From: the human T2T-CHM13v2.0 reference genome, Homo sapiens
Reading direction: 5' to 3' (one strand)
NCBI RefSeq assembly: GCF_009914755.1
Contig: NC_060937.1
Length of the DNA: 64,000 nucleotides
Part shown: piece by piece, positions 29,381 through 50,101 of the stretch
Layout of the letters: each line of letters opens with the position of its first letter
Numbering within the stretch: the stretch's first letter is position 1
Notes under the pieces: model-generated
The model's database searches: none
Seen by the model: the letters and a program-made list of their open reading frames with translations, nothing else
Told to the model about the DNA's origin: nothing
Program-made: the position numbers and the translations under genes

Positions 29381-29937
29381 TAACTTGAATTATTTTTTAA
29401 AACCAGTGACTTAAAACTCAGTGCTTCTTTAGGTCTTTGTACTTCCTTATCTTATGTCTTGAGGGCATTGGTTTGTATCACTTTTCTTTGTTTCTTGGTT
29501 TTCTTTGTTTCTGGACGCCAAGGCCTCTCTAAATAGCACACGAAAGCAATTTCTCACGCCCCTGGGAGAGAGGTAGGCGTGGCTTTATGGATGTGATAGG
29601 CAGAGGACTTAATATTCTGCATTAACATCTCCTTCTCTCTCAAGGGAATTTCTAGCAGACTTAAAGCACTGTAGGCAACAGAAAGGAAACCTGAAATGCA
29701 ACATCCACCTGGAAGACACATACATATTTGCTGAAGCGTGTTTCAAATTTAACTGAAAAAGAAGAAGAATATAATTGTGCTTCTCATTCACTGCAAATCT
29801 TGTGATTTCATAGTCTTCAGTGTTGACCTGTCAACCTGTATGGGTTGTTTGTTTAAAAAGGTTGTATTTTTATTTTATTTTATTTTTTTAGGCAGACCAC
29901 TTAAGTATCATGTGTTACTGAATACCAGCTGAATTAT

Positions 29938-30237
<300 letters not shown>

Positions 30238-31210
30238 ACCAGCTAAATTCTTAACATTTAAACTATAAACATTACAATTTTTTGTTGCAGAACAAAAATG
30301 AAAAGAAGAAAGATGAAAATACACTACAATGTCACGGTCATTTGCACCAGTTTCCTGTGTACAGCTCTGCTGCTCTACGCTCATTTCTCAATCAGGTTTT
30401 GTCTCTCTTTTTTGCATTAAAAGCTGAGAGAGGAGCTAAAACTGCCCTGAGAAGCTCCCCCGGGACCCTGCCTGATCATCAGGGGAATGGGGCCTACCTC
30501 AGCAGTCTACTTTCTTCATTCAGCCCTATAGCCTCAGGAGAGAAGTTTGTCTCGCTCAGAGGAAGCAGTGGCCGCTCTGTCCCATACCCTGTCAGGCCAT
30601 TTCCCATAGGAGACTGGACCTAGGGTGTGTGCTCAGGGTCCCAGTTTCTGCGGCGTTGAGCGGGTCCGGTACTCCTTTCCACACCAGGCTGAACCCCAAG
30701 GAAGCGAATCCATGTCCTCGTGGAAGAATAGGCCCCAAAGTGCCAAGCATCAGCCCCGTCAGTGCTGCCTGGAGAGCCGCCTGTGTCCTGCAGAACTTAC
30801 ACCCATGCAAGAGTGCACCCACTCAGCAAATGCGGGACACCGTCAGGAAGAACAAGACATCCTTGCTTCAGCTTCCCTCCTGTCACCTTTCCACTTCCCT
30901 TTGGGGAAGGTGTGCCTGGGTTTGCACACGGACTGGGGCCCCATCCCTGTTCCCCGCTGTGTGTGGCAGGGCAAGGGAATGCATTTTTAAATACCTTTCA
31001 GGCTAGGATTCCTTTTTTTTTTTTGATGGCATACTCTAACTCCAACATTTCTTCTGTAAGTATCACCAGTTATTTTACTAAAATCTAGATTTCCCAATCC
31101 AAGTGTTAGGAAGGTACTATGCTGCTGCTGCTTTGGGGCTTTCTGTCTGGCAACATCTATAAACAGTGCAATAGTGACTGTAGTCAGTTTCACGGTCTCA
31201 TGTCTGAATC

Positions 31211-31730
<520 letters not shown>

Positions 31731-32129
31731 TAGGCTTCCTTCTTTAAAGACAAATTTCCAGTGGGGCTCTGTAAGTAATCCTCATATTTTCTCGTTGAGG
31801 AGTGTGGCCAGAGAAGGTGAGTCTTCTGCACGTAGCAGGGGGGAAATGGTTAGGAGATACTGTAAAAGCACTAAGAAAACCGGAAGGAAAAGGCCAGGCT
31901 CCAGGAGCACAGAGACTGGATGGATTCCTGCTTCCCTGTCACTCGGCTCTGTTCAGGCGGTGCAGTCACTTCCTTCACCTCAGTGTCCCTGTTTGTGCAA
32001 ATGAGGTGACTATTGGTGCCGACCTACTTCCCAGGCAGTTTTGAAGAGAAGTGGCAAACGTTGAAGGGCGCACACTCTCCTTCCCCAAGCTCCCTCCCTC
32101 CCCACGTGTGCACCCAGAAGGAAATAAAA

Positions 32130-32540
32130 GCCGTAATTTGCACTGGCGAGTCGGCCCGCCTCGTCGAGGGTTCCGCTGAGCTGCTCACAAGGGCGTGCGG
32201 AGGCCCGCGGCCGGCCCTGGCCCCTGTGGTGGCAGCAGCTGGCTGGCTTCCCGGGCGGCTACCTCCAGCTGCAGCTGTCGGTGCTATTTGCAGCTCTCCA
32301 CATCCTGAGAGCTGGACGCCGAGGACCGCTCCCTGGAGGGCGTGCGTAAAATGCAGCAGCGGAGCGGTGAGGAGATTACCGGAAAAACTGGGAGCGGAGT
32401 CAGGCTCGTTCTGGAGCAGGGAGAGGCTTGGGAAGTTGCGAAACGTTGACCTGCAGGGTCTTGAGGAACTGTCGGCCTGGGCTGTCCCCGTGGGTCATTG
32501 AACATTAATCAGCCACCAGTCCTCGACCAAGCCAACCGAA
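32130..32540. promoter_or_regulatory. Small orphan CpG-rich patch, candidate enhancer or weak promoter
   Basis: Local CpG enrichment in non-repeat DNA; E-boxes CACGTG and CAGCTG in or just before it. Confidence 0.45.
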
Positions 32541-33083
32541 ATAGAGTCAGCAGGCAGAATGACGAATACAGTTTGAAAGGGAACGAACTTACTCTTATTC
32601 TCTCCTTGGAAAGGCCTTTCCAGACTCTCGAACTCACCCCTGTCACATTACCCTGTTGTGTTATCTTTGTGGGCCTGCGCAGCACCTGAAATGATCTGTC
32701 TTAGGTATGTGTGTGCTTGTTCATTGTTTTGTCTTCTCCGTGAAAATCTAAGCTCCTAGAAACTTTGTGAGGGAGGCAATGGGTCTGTTTTGTTTACCTC
32801 TGCATCTGCAGGGCCGAGTACAATGCCCAGCTCATTTGTAAATGAGTGAAGGAGTCCCCTACTAGCAGGCTGCCTACTCATCAATCAAGTAGTTGTTGGG
32901 TTTCTCATTTTTACCTTTGGAGATGTTGTCTTCGACCTACGGGAAGGAATTGGATCTATTTGAGGGTAAAGAAATTCATCCTCCCTGGGTTTATGTATTT
33001 TCCAACCCACTGCATAGAGTCTGACAAAATATTAATGGTCTTCACTGTTTCTTTTGATGATGTCTGCCACTTGTCACTATTTA

Positions 33084-33458
<375 letters not shown>

Positions 33459-33754
33459 TTACAATAGTGTAACAAGCATAATCATTTAGAAGATTTTCAC
33501 CTGTAACGTGGTTAAGATAAGTTTGAGACTCAGTTCAATTCAACACATTTGACTTTCAGACAGATCCAATGTAGTCTGTTGTATTTAGAAAGAATTCAGA
33601 CCTTTATAAGGACGATTTCATGACATTAATGAAATTTATGTGTTAATGGAACTGAAGGACTTCACTCTGAAAGCAAGTGTTCTCTAAACCTAAATATTTT
33701 AAGAAGAAAATTAGTTGAAAGTTTAAAAGCTTGTCAAAAGTGACAGTCATTTCA

Positions 33755-33928
33755 TTTCTTTTCTTTTTTTAGAGATGGGGTCTCACTGTGTTGCCGAGGA
33801 TGGAGTACAGTGGCTATTCACAGGCACAGTCATTGTGCACTACATCCTGGAACTCCTGGGCTTAAGCAATCCTTCTGCCTCAGCCTCCCAAGTAGCTGGG
33901 ACTATAGACACACACCACCACACTCAGC
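33755..33928 (-). mobile_element. Free Alu monomer (FAM/FRAM-like)
   Basis: Monomer with GGCTATTCACAGGC motif; TSD AAAAGTGACA. Confidence 0.75.
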
Positions 33929-34320
33929 AAAAGTGACAATTGTTTCTAATACAGACATCCACACCTGGACATACTGTGAAAATTATATTCATTGGGCATA
34001 TTAGTGTCCGTTCTTTCCAAGATCTGAGTTCATAATGTTTTCTTCTGTAATTGTAATGAAATATCACCATTTCTTGCTAGCATTATACCAAATCCCTCTA
34101 GGCAACTGGGTAGCAGGCTATATGCCAACCTAGGTTTTTGGAGATGACTTGTATCTTGTTTGCTATTAGAGCCAACATGTTAGAATTTGTGATTTGTCAC
34201 AGAGTAGAAGACGAGTTCACTCAAGAAGCACTTATTTATGAGCACCTACACAGGTGATAGAACAGTCAAAAGACAGGAGTTCTGGCCCTTCTGGAACTGA
34301 CAATCTTACTAGAAAAATAA

Positions 34321-34737
<417 letters not shown>

Positions 34738-35504
34738 CCTCCTTGCTGTCTTAATAGAAAGTGGAAAATAGAAATCTTCTGCACAAGGCCTTTGGTTTGA
34801 ATGCAACATGCCTAGAGATAGGGAACTGGAATCCAACACCGTTGCCTACAGATCTTTGGAGACTAAAAGAGAAAAAATCCAGGAAAGAAAAAAAAAAAAA
34901 CAAAAAACGGCTGCCATAGCTATTGGCCTCATTGGACAGGCCTGGGTGATGTGCACAGACCCTAAAGGTGGCCGGAGCTGACCAGCTTCCTATTGCACTC
35001 TTCTGGGTGGCCCAGGCACCCAGTTGCATTGGCTGTGGCCACTGAGAAAGGATTGAGTCAGGCTGAGCCATGGGCAATGACAGAGGAGAGGGGATCAGCA
35101 GAGCCTACCTGAAAGCAAAGGAGAAATGGGTCGGTCACCTCATCGCAGAATTTACAGATGAAGGGGACAAACTTGTTACCTGAGGGTTTCCTTCATGCCT
35201 TGGAGTTTCTCTGAAAGAAAAGACAGCTGAGCATTTGCCCTGTTTTTGTTTTACCATTTTTACACTTTCGAAGTCATGCCATCAAGTTTTAAGCTAGTAA
35301 GAGGACCATATACCGAATGGTACAATATCATAGTTCTTGTAGCAGCTACATTTTGATGAATAAAATTTCTTTTAAAATCTCTTTTTTAAAAATGAAGAGA
35401 CTTCTTCTACCAGGCAGCAAATGTTTCTTTCCTATGTAAACTTAGCTTGCAAACATAATTTTAAACAGCTTTATCATGACTATATATCTTGCTAATTTAT
35501 TATC

Positions 35505-38330
<2,826 letters not shown>

Positions 38331-39280
38331 AAGCCATGAAATTTACACTGCTTTTCAGTGACCTATGTAGGGTAAAATCCATTACTCATCAATGTATGAA
38401 AAAGATTCCTATGGGATTGTCTAGAGGATAAATTATACATAATTAATTCAGTTTCATGTTGGCCTATTGGCCACTGTTAAATGCCTGAAAGAATGTTGAT
38501 CTACGTCTTGGTTTTAAAACAGTATGTGAAAATGTTGTTATTTAACCTTATTTAAAGAAAAAAAATCTGATACAGTTACTAATTAGTAAATTTTGGAGAT
38601 TATGTAGGTTTTTACAAAGTACAGTGACACAATGAAGTAAAAAGCAAAAAAGCTCTAATGCTCGTGCAAAATTTTCAGTTTTTCTACCAATTCCAATTGA
38701 TCTAGGCATTCACTTTTTGCAGTTCTGCAATTACTTGAATATAAAAGCTCTTTCTGTTAATCTCCAACCTGAAAAGTAGTAAGGTAACAGAAGTATAAAG
38801 AGGAATGGACATTTCAATCCAATGGTTTTCCAAGTTTTTCAGGCTTTTTATCTGCTTGCTTTTGAAGGTTTACTCCTTTCACGATTCCCCCCACTGTTGT
38901 AGGCTTGAACCTTTATAAAATCTTAGAAACCATGACCCTATTTTGTATCCCTTCTATGTAAAATTGTCTGAATAGCCTTTTAAAAAGTTGTTACATTTGG
39001 GTGAAAACTTTCCAAAGGTAGCTTGGTAAAATTCACCAAATTTGGCTCATCTTTTGATTCAGTGATTTCCCTTTGAGGAATATATTTATATCCTAAGAAA
39101 ATAATTTTGGGCAAAGGTGTGAGCATAAAGAAAGGATAGTCATGTTAACCTTATATGTAACAGTAAAAAATCATAAACTAAATGTCTAATAATATGGAAT
39201 TGATTGAATAATTTATGGTATTTTACATTCAGGCACTTAAAATAATGCCCAGCAGAATAAGAATATATGATGACATAGAC

Positions 39281-39900
<620 letters not shown>

Positions 39901-40009
39901 ACATAGACTTTTGTTCAAGATAGACTGTGAAGTAGAAAAAGCAGCTTACAAATGCAGTATTTTTAAATTATTAACATTTTTTAAAACATATATATGTATG
40001 TATATCTAT

Positions 40010-40875
<866 letters not shown>

Positions 40876-42099
40876 AATCTATCTATATCTATATATCTAT
40901 ATATATTACATGTTATATATAGAAACTGGAAGGGCACATAATATGGTAATAGTCTTGCTGACTGGTAGAATTACAGGTTTTTGTTTTCTTATTTATTTTG
41001 TTTCAATAATGTAAGTTTCATTCATAATAAGGGCAACCGATTTTTCAAAAGTTATTGTCGTGTGTAGCATATTGCATCTTGCTTCTACTTCCAGAAGATC
41101 AGGCTACAGTCCTAAGCAGCATCTATTATATTAGTGATTACCAGCCCTTTAGAATCAGATAGCCTATAACTTTCTACATGACTGGGAGTATTTTTGTTTG
41201 GTTTGGTTTGGTTCAGTTCAGAAATGTTCTGTCCAAGTAAATCAAAGGAGAAAGCCAGAGAAGAACCTCAGTGATGGCAGAATGTACTGGCTATCCTAGC
41301 ATAGCAAAAATTGTAGCCAAAGCAGAAGAACCCAGGCCTGGAAGTGAGGGGCAATGAGGAAGTTTTCCAGCCTTTTTGTTGCTGTCCTTAAGGGAAGGGG
41401 AAAGAGCTCACATCTTTTTTGCACCTACTGTGAGCCTGGTGCTGCTAGAGTGTTTTGATACTGCCATTTGTCCTTGAGCAAGCCTCTGAATCCCTATGGG
41501 CCTCTGTCCACTACTCTGTAAAAATGCACAGATTAGACTACGGTAGCCCTTAGACCCCCTTCGCCTGTAATGTGCTAGGACCTTACACTAGTGCTATGCC
41601 TTATTCTGTCCCTCCCTGAAAACAGGCTCTCTGGTCAGCCTCTCTGCTTCTGAGCCTAAGTGTGCCTAGCCCCATTCCCTGTGCCCAAGCCCCAGCCAGG
41701 CTGATTCCAGGTGGCAGAGCAAGGCCTGGGGAAATGGGGCTTGGGGTGTAGGGGTGGGGGAGCTGCAATATCTTTGCTTTGAGTAGCCTCCAAGTTCTTA
41801 CTCTTCATCTCTTCCAGGGATTACAGTGGCACCTGAGGCTGTGGCAACTGAGCATCTTGTTTTTCTTTATCTTTAGGAGCACTCTCTCACACTCAACAGA
41901 TCCTTATTTTATTTTAGGGTTTTTTATTCTCTTACTTGGTTATGTTCAGATCACTTTATAAAATAAGCTCTAATTGAAACCCAATAAACAAAACCAGGGT
42001 ACAGTCAACACCTGTGAAAAGGAGAAAAAAACCCAAAAAGCAAAAGCTAACAAACAAAATACGGTAAAGCCTCTAATGAGAGATTCTATGTAACGCTAA

Positions 42100-42417
<318 letters not shown>

Positions 42418-42854
42418 AGCTTAATTTCACTTTGAGCATATAAATACAATTTCATTTATAAGCACATTTGGAGTATGTCCTTTGCCATAAAGTATCATCT
42501 CCAGCAAGGAACTGGTGAACTTTATTCCATTTAAGGCAAATCCTCAGAATCCATTCTGCCTTTCCAAACACTTGTCTCCTAAAGGCTAGTATCTGGGCCA
42601 CACATTTCTCCTTTTGCTACACCTTATTGAACAACTTGCATTTCCAAAACTGTTGGCTGCAGCTTCTGTAAGATTGACATAGAATCTCTGCTAGAAAAGA
42701 CCCTCCCCAGAATAAAACAAACCAACCAAAAAACTACCACATACTTCCATTTAGGACAGAGTATATCAAAATGAGAAAGAACCTCCTCATTTTCACACAG
42801 TGGATTACTTATTTAGTTACTGCAGTAACTTTAGAGAAATAGTTTAGCAGTTTA

Positions 42855-42940
42855 GGCCAGGAACTGTGGTTCTCACGCCTGTAATCTCAGCAACAAGGCC
42901 GAGGAGGGAGGGAGGATAGTTTGAGGCCAGGAGTTTGAGA
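42855..42940 (+). mobile_element. Short tailless Alu left-arm fragment
   Basis: GGCCAGG...CACGCCTGTAATCTCAGCA...GAGGCCAGGAGTTTGAGA flanked by a 21-bp direct repeat. Confidence 0.75.
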
Positions 42941-43169
42941 AATAGTTTAGCAGTTTAAATAAAGCAGTGGCTTGTCCTAAGAGTCTTTCAGTTGATTCTC
43001 TCTGTGTTTCTTATTCTGGTCAGGTAGCTCTGGACAAATGACAGTATTTCAGTATTTTAATTTCTCGTTTTTAAAAATAGAGTTATACAGCCAAAGAAAA
43101 ACCAGTAAAAATCTTGATTAATTGCAAAATCATTGTTAAAATGTTTCACAGCATAAATAACAGCTTTTG

Positions 43170-43198
43170 TGGGCGGGGGGGGGGGGGGGTGGTGGGGT
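43170..43198 (+). repeat. Poly(G) tract, G-quadruplex-prone
   Basis: GGGC(G15)TGGTGGGG. Confidence 0.85.
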
Positions 43199-43199
43199 G

Positions 43200-43990
<791 letters not shown>

Positions 43991-44561
43991 TCAACTAATT
44001 AGAAGGTCCAAACCAATGCACATGTCTAAAGTCATCTAGCATTTCTTCCTGGTAGAGATTACCTTAGACTGAACCCCCCTGGAAGACGAGCATTACATAT
44101 TCTGGAGTGTGGCATATTATGTTTGTGTCATTCCATGTTGTATGGTTATCTGTCATGATGTATCGTGAAACAAGCAATTCTATAACAGAGCACTATTTTG
44201 CCTCATTACTCTGGGAGCAATGTGGCATAGACCCATGGAATTTCCCAAGTTGTGGCAAGTGTTATTAGCACTGCCTTGGTATTAAGAGGACAAGAAAATG
44301 AACCACCATCTTTTGCTGGATAGACAATCAAATCACTTTCTGGCTTTTATCTAGTTTTAAAATACATTTCAAGGGTCATTTGAAAATGACACAAAGCACA
44401 AATATGAAAAGAAATTCAAATATTATCACACTCCCTAATAAAACAGCCTAATTACCAAAGGCTCACATTTTAGCAAGTTAATTCTAAGACTTAAGCTGTG
44501 TACGGTGTGTGCAAATTTGCAGATACCTTACCATCACATGCAAGTGTCTTACTGCTACTGA

Positions 44562-45059
<498 letters not shown>

Positions 45060-46294
45060 TCAACATAGTTAAATCCTACAATGTCTGAGCAATGGTTACA
45101 ATTCCTTAGGTAGTAAGGGAAATACCTGTTGAATGGCAGTTTGTGTTACATGGGCGCTTTTCTTATCTTTATCATTTAATCATTACCCCTCGGGTACACA
45201 GGACACACAAATTTCATTTTTCAGATTTCACTTTAAGAAAATTAATAAATACAGCAAACATTAACAACACTGTGATGGGACGATCATCAGAACTGTGGTA
45301 ACTAATCAGCAATAGCTCTCAACCTTTGCACAGCAAAGTTAGGAAATTTGACTCGTTAATCAATATGCCATATGCCTATCTTTAAAATACAAAAAAACTA
45401 AGATTTATACATCTTAGTTCATTAGTTTTAAAAAGCATCTTCATTTTAAAAGTTGGCCCAATTAATTATAGATTTAGTCTTTTCTTGATGTCAACAAAGT
45501 CTTTAAACCCCATAGCACTGTAACTATCTTGGCATTAAAATAGTTTCTATACACTTTCTAAAAAAAATCATCTTCAGTTACAAGGCTTTACACTTAATTA
45601 TCTAAATTGCCTCCCACTTCCATTTACTTGAGTTTTAGACATCCAACTTCTAGGGGATACTGTTAGAACACCAAACCATACTAATCTTCAGATTGAAGAG
45701 GGGTTTTGTCCATTTTCTTAAGATCTGTGGTCAAGAATAAACCCTAAAAAAACTGTTCCCATTCTCAACATCTTAAAAAAATGGTAGTTGTCATGACGTA
45801 CCTACTAAAGTTACAAATTCTCCTTGAGCCAGAATTCATTTTAAATGGATCAGAATTATTAATGTTGGTGATTAATGGTGATTTCTATACAGTAGAAACT
45901 TCCATCTAAATCAGATTGAGTCATTTGCTCCTCTTAACAAAAAATCTGATGTTCGACACAATTGCAGCCTATCACTAACCCTGCTGTTCGCTTGCATGTA
46001 TCTTGTTTTTAAAAATCTTGTTTAAATCATTCTGAAAGTAAAACTAGTTTTTCCTCCTTTATATATAGCACCGAATACTTGCAATGTTTGACAAAACCTT
46101 TTATCAGCCCATTAACCTATTTATAAGCATAAAGTGAGTATTTTTAAAGGGAAAAACTTTGCCATCCCTTATACTTATTTAAAAGGTACTGCTAAGAGGT
46201 ATTATTAGAAACAAGATTTAAAAATATGTAACAAAATCTTAAGTTCTTAAGTGAAAGCCATTTAACTAGTATTTAAAACCTCTGCAATTATTAG

Positions 46295-46300
46295 TTTATT
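46295..46300 (-). terminator. HMGB1: HMGB1 distal polyadenylation signal AATAAA
   Basis: TTTATT on the plus strand about 1.5 kb past the stop; HMGB1 is known to use alternative polyadenylation. Confidence 0.65.
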
Positions 46301-47189
46301 AGTATCATCCAGGACTCAGATGTTCAGTATTCCTCCTGAAATTACATAAACAAATGCAAATGGAAAGAATCCAAGTCTAAATTATATAACAAAACAGCAC
46401 TCCATCACAAAAGCGTGTAAAATTACAAGAACGCTATTTTAAAATACTGGCACTTTAAGAAAACGATAATCTCGAAAACCACAAAATTGCCAAATTGTTC
46501 CCTAAACTCCTAAGCAGATAAACATGACTAATGAATGAGTTTGTTTTGTAAAGAAAAATCATTCAAATAAATTGAATAATTCATACTGAGATGCAAAGTT
46601 TGTCTTCTTTCTTCCTATCTACTTGGATTTATAAAGGGGCAAACCGTAATATAGGAAAATATACCCTATTTTGAATGTGGCATCTTTGTTTGAAAAGCTG
46701 GCCCAATTAATTAAAAATACTTGTAATGAAAGTCTCGTTTCCTGAGCAGTCCATATTTAGATAAATGGGAAAAGACATCTATAGCCAGCATTTTCATAGT
46801 CTTCACTGAGACTAATGTCAACAAAAAATTTAATATGGCAGTCTTGTATTTTAAGCTCACGCTTTTGGGGATACATTCTCAGGTCTTCTTTAATGTGGGA
46901 ACTGCAAAATATAACTGCCATTACATGGTAATGGGAGTTAAAGAATAGAGTCCTCATGTAAAGGTTAGAACATACTTTTCTATTAGTCCTTCAAGGACAG
47001 ACTTTCAAAATGTTTGATTCTAATAATCCCATGCTTTGAGTAGATTGATTACTCTTCAGTTTGTAAATGTAAGTGGGCTATGTGAAATTTCTTAACTGAT
47101 CAAGATTTTGGATGTTCAGTTATGGATGAAAACTATCTCAACTTAACTTTACCCCCATTATGATATGCAGGGTGTGTAGACAAAAGCTT

Positions 47190-47195
47190 TTTATT
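47190..47195 (-). terminator. HMGB1: HMGB1 middle polyadenylation signal AATAAA
   Basis: TTTATT on the plus strand about 0.58 kb past the stop. Confidence 0.6.
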
Positions 47196-47332
47196 AGCTA
47201 ACTATATGAAAGGATAAACACTGTAATAATTCATGTGATTCAAAATGGGCAAAAGCAAAAGACTAGCTTCCCCTCAAGAAGAAAAATTTCAGACCTATGA
47301 AAAGGACAACAATACTAATAAAAAAAATTGTA

Positions 47333-47338
47333 TTTACT
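47333..47338 (-). terminator. HMGB1: HMGB1 proximal variant polyadenylation signal AGTAAA
   Basis: Minus strand CTAAGTAAATACAATTTTTTTTATTAGTATTGTTGTCCTTTT: variant hexamer followed by U/GU-rich element. Confidence 0.6.
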
Positions 47339-47777
47339 TAGAAGCATTCAGAATGTCAACAAAACAGCTGCAACTTTTTTTTTTTTTTGCAATTACAGAG
47401 TGGTATTCAGTTAACAGAACAACAATTATTTCGTATAAGCTGCATCAGAGACAACTGAAGATGAAAAAACTACCATCCCCATATATAACTAATTTGTGCT
47501 GTGCACCAACAAGAACCTGCTTTAAATTTCCATGCCAATTTACAACCCCCATACTGTACCAGGCAAGGTTAGTGGCTATTGAAAATACCACCAGGACAGG
47601 GCTATCTAAAGACACATTCGGTAGTGTGTTAACTATACAAAAAAAGACACTGTACAGTTTAAAAACAAATCTTACACAGCCTTACATTTCAATTTTTTTC
47701 TTTAAAAGGAGTGAGTTGTGTACAGGGGGGTTAAATGCTTTATAGACAAGAAAAAAAAAAACTGCGCTAGAACCAAC

Positions 47778-47954
47778 TTATTCATCATCATCATCTTCTT
47801 CTTCATCTTCATCTTCTTCATCTTCCTCCTCCTCCTCATCCTCTTCATCTTCCTCATCTTCCTCCTCTTCCTTCTTTTTCTTGCTTTTTTCAGCCTTGAC
47901 AACTCCCTTTTTTGCTGCATCAGGCTTTCCTTTAGCTCGATATGCAGCAATATC
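47778..47954 (-). CDS. HMGB1: HMGB1 exon 5 coding part (D158-E215 and stop; includes 30-residue acidic tail)
   Basis: [58 protein letters not shown]; acceptor AG at 47955-47956. Confidence 0.98.
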
Positions 47955-48958
47955 CTTCCAAAGCAAAGGGAGGATAAAACAGTAGGGAAGAAAAAAACAT
48001 TAAGGAAAGAAATAGAACATGGCAGAACTTTATGAAAGAAATCAAGATTCTAGTTATACCAAAATATCACGTATCTGTAGATCCACAGCAACTCCAGAAA
48101 TAACTAGAACTTCAATAAATGAACATAAAAATACAAGATCATTATAACAATCTATAACTCATGAAATGGCATAGTCTAATATTTGCAAAGTTATGCCTCA
48201 TTGAGGTGCAATTATGTACCACATCCTAACTCTATTAAAACCAGAATGTAGAGACTTTGATTAAAGGGTAGACACTGCCACCTTCTGAATGCAAAAAAGC
48301 ACTCTACAGGTTTACACTGTCAGACCTTAATCCTTAGTAGGAAATGTGGTCTTAAAAAAAAAAGGTAATTTGTCAATAAACATGCAATTAGGTTAAGAAA
48401 CATCTAGAAATAAACACTTTTCAGAATGACTAAAGCTGAAAATTAAGTATTTAATATTTCAATTTACTGAACTATAAGAGTTATAGATTTCCTTAATCTT
48501 ATTAATTTACTGGACAGAGCAGCAGACTTGTAATTTAACTTAGTGATGCTGTGGTTTTTTGAGTATCTAAAGGAAAAGAACATAAATGTTTCAGGATATG
48601 ACTAAGAAAAATATAGCCTATATTACTTTGTCTAGCCTGTTTTTGTACTGTATGCCAAGCCATTTGAAAATGCTCATTTTTGACTTGAAGTGACTACCAA
48701 CATTTTCATGAACTTCAAGATACTGGGGAATAACAAAACCAACATAAATGTACACAGCCTTTGTCTGAGTCTGATTACATTTTAGTCAAAAAAACCCTAA
48801 TTTATTTGGTCCTCTGCATTCTTTGAAGGATGAGGACTTATATCAACACCATACTTAATGTAGCTGTTACCCTAAAAACTTATTACACCTCAAACTAAGT
48901 ACAATCATACATCTGGCGTACTTGTGATCATTTTACCAAGCAAACCCACACTTCTTAC

Positions 48959-49133
48959 CTTTTCGTATTTTTCCTTCAGCTTCGCAGCCTTCTTTTCATA
49001 AGGCTGCTTGTCATCTGCAGCAGTGTTATTCCACATCTCTCCCAGTTTCTTCGCAACATCACCAATGGACAGGCCAGGATGTTCTCCTTTGATTTTTGGG
49101 CGATACTCAGAGCAGAAGAGGAAGAAGGCCGAA
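48959..49133 (-). CDS. HMGB1: HMGB1 exon 4 (175 bp, HMG box B)
   Basis: [58 protein letters not shown]; tttttag acceptor and gtaaga donor. Confidence 0.98.
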
Positions 49134-49627
49134 CTAAAAAAAAAATTAATTTTAGGATTTTAAGTTAACAGATCACAAAAACAAATACTATCAAGTGTAC
49201 ACTGCATTGCTATTTAAAGCTGCCTGTGAATTTCTGTGATGCATTGGACAGGGTGCAAATACTATAATATACTAAATATCCTTCACAACCAAAGCTTAAT
49301 TTACAACTATTTAATTTATACTAGCTAGAACCCTAGATGAACATTCTACAATTACACTATTTCAAAGGGATAGTATTTTTCAAGAAATAAAAAGATCAAA
49401 AGGAGATACACTGGGCAAAGGAGACCAAATGTCTAATTCAAATGCTCTGGGAACACTCCCACCCAACAGGAATTTTATACTATTTAAATATAACCAATAT
49501 GAACAAGTATTAGCTAAGAAACTTTGATTGTACATTTACACTCTAAACTGACAAAGTAGCTTGCTAAATTTCTCTCAGATTCTACTGTAAAACGTGTCTG
49601 GGAAGTAAAAACAGGCAAGATACTCAC

Positions 49628-49773
49628 GGAGGCCTCTTGGGTGCATTGGGATCCTTGAACTTCTTTTTTGTCTCCCCTTTGGGAGGGATATAGGTTTTCA
49701 TTTCTCTTTCATAACGGGCCTTGTCCGCTTTTGCCATATCTTCAAATTTTCCTTTCTCTTTAGCAGACATGGT
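49628..49773 (-). CDS. HMGB1: HMGB1 exon 3 (146 bp)
   Basis: [48 protein letters not shown]; tttgtag acceptor and gtgagt donor. Confidence 0.98.
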
Positions 49774-49951
49774 CTACAAAATAATTATTTGTAAGTTTAA
49801 GTTGTAACATTTAAGTAAATTATCCTCAAAACCAATGTCTTTTGCTATGTAATAGCGTCCCACTACGAGAATGCCAACTAGGCTTTTTTTTGCATCCTCA
49901 ATTGGAAACTGTCTTTTAATTACCTTGTTAGCATGTTTTAAGCCCTCTTAC

Positions 49952-50101
49952 CTTCCACCTCTCTGAGCACTTCTTAGAAAACTCTGAGAAGTTGACTGAA
50001 GCATCTGGGTGCTTCTTCTTATGCTCCTCCCGACAAGTTTGCACAAAAAATGCATATGATGACATTTTGCCTCTCGGCTTCTTAGGATCTCCTTTGCCCA
50101 T
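49952..50101 (-). CDS. HMGB1: HMGB1 exon 2 coding part (150 bp, start codon, HMG box A); exon begins at 50115
   Basis: [50 protein letters not shown]; donor gtaaga; exon total 150+146+175+177=648 nt = 215 aa plus stop. Confidence 0.98.

Larger units (their letters stand above)
46270..47777 (-). other. HMGB1: HMGB1 3'UTR (AU-rich, repeat-free; may extend to about 45200 or beyond)
   Basis: Follows the stop codon; recognisable GTTGGTTCTAGCGCAGTTTTTTTTTTCTTGTCTATAAAGC on the minus strand. Confidence 0.8.

Noticed and set aside
30282-31088. Cluster of overlapping 108-125 aa ORFs in moderately GC-rich unique DNA
   Set aside because: No recognisable domain or exon structure; open in several frames, consistent with composition
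47702-48035. Alternative-frame and antisense ORFs over HMGB1 exon 5
   Set aside because: Shadows of the GAA/GAG/GAT acidic-tail repeat; the MLWK start of the 47778-47966 ORF is intronic
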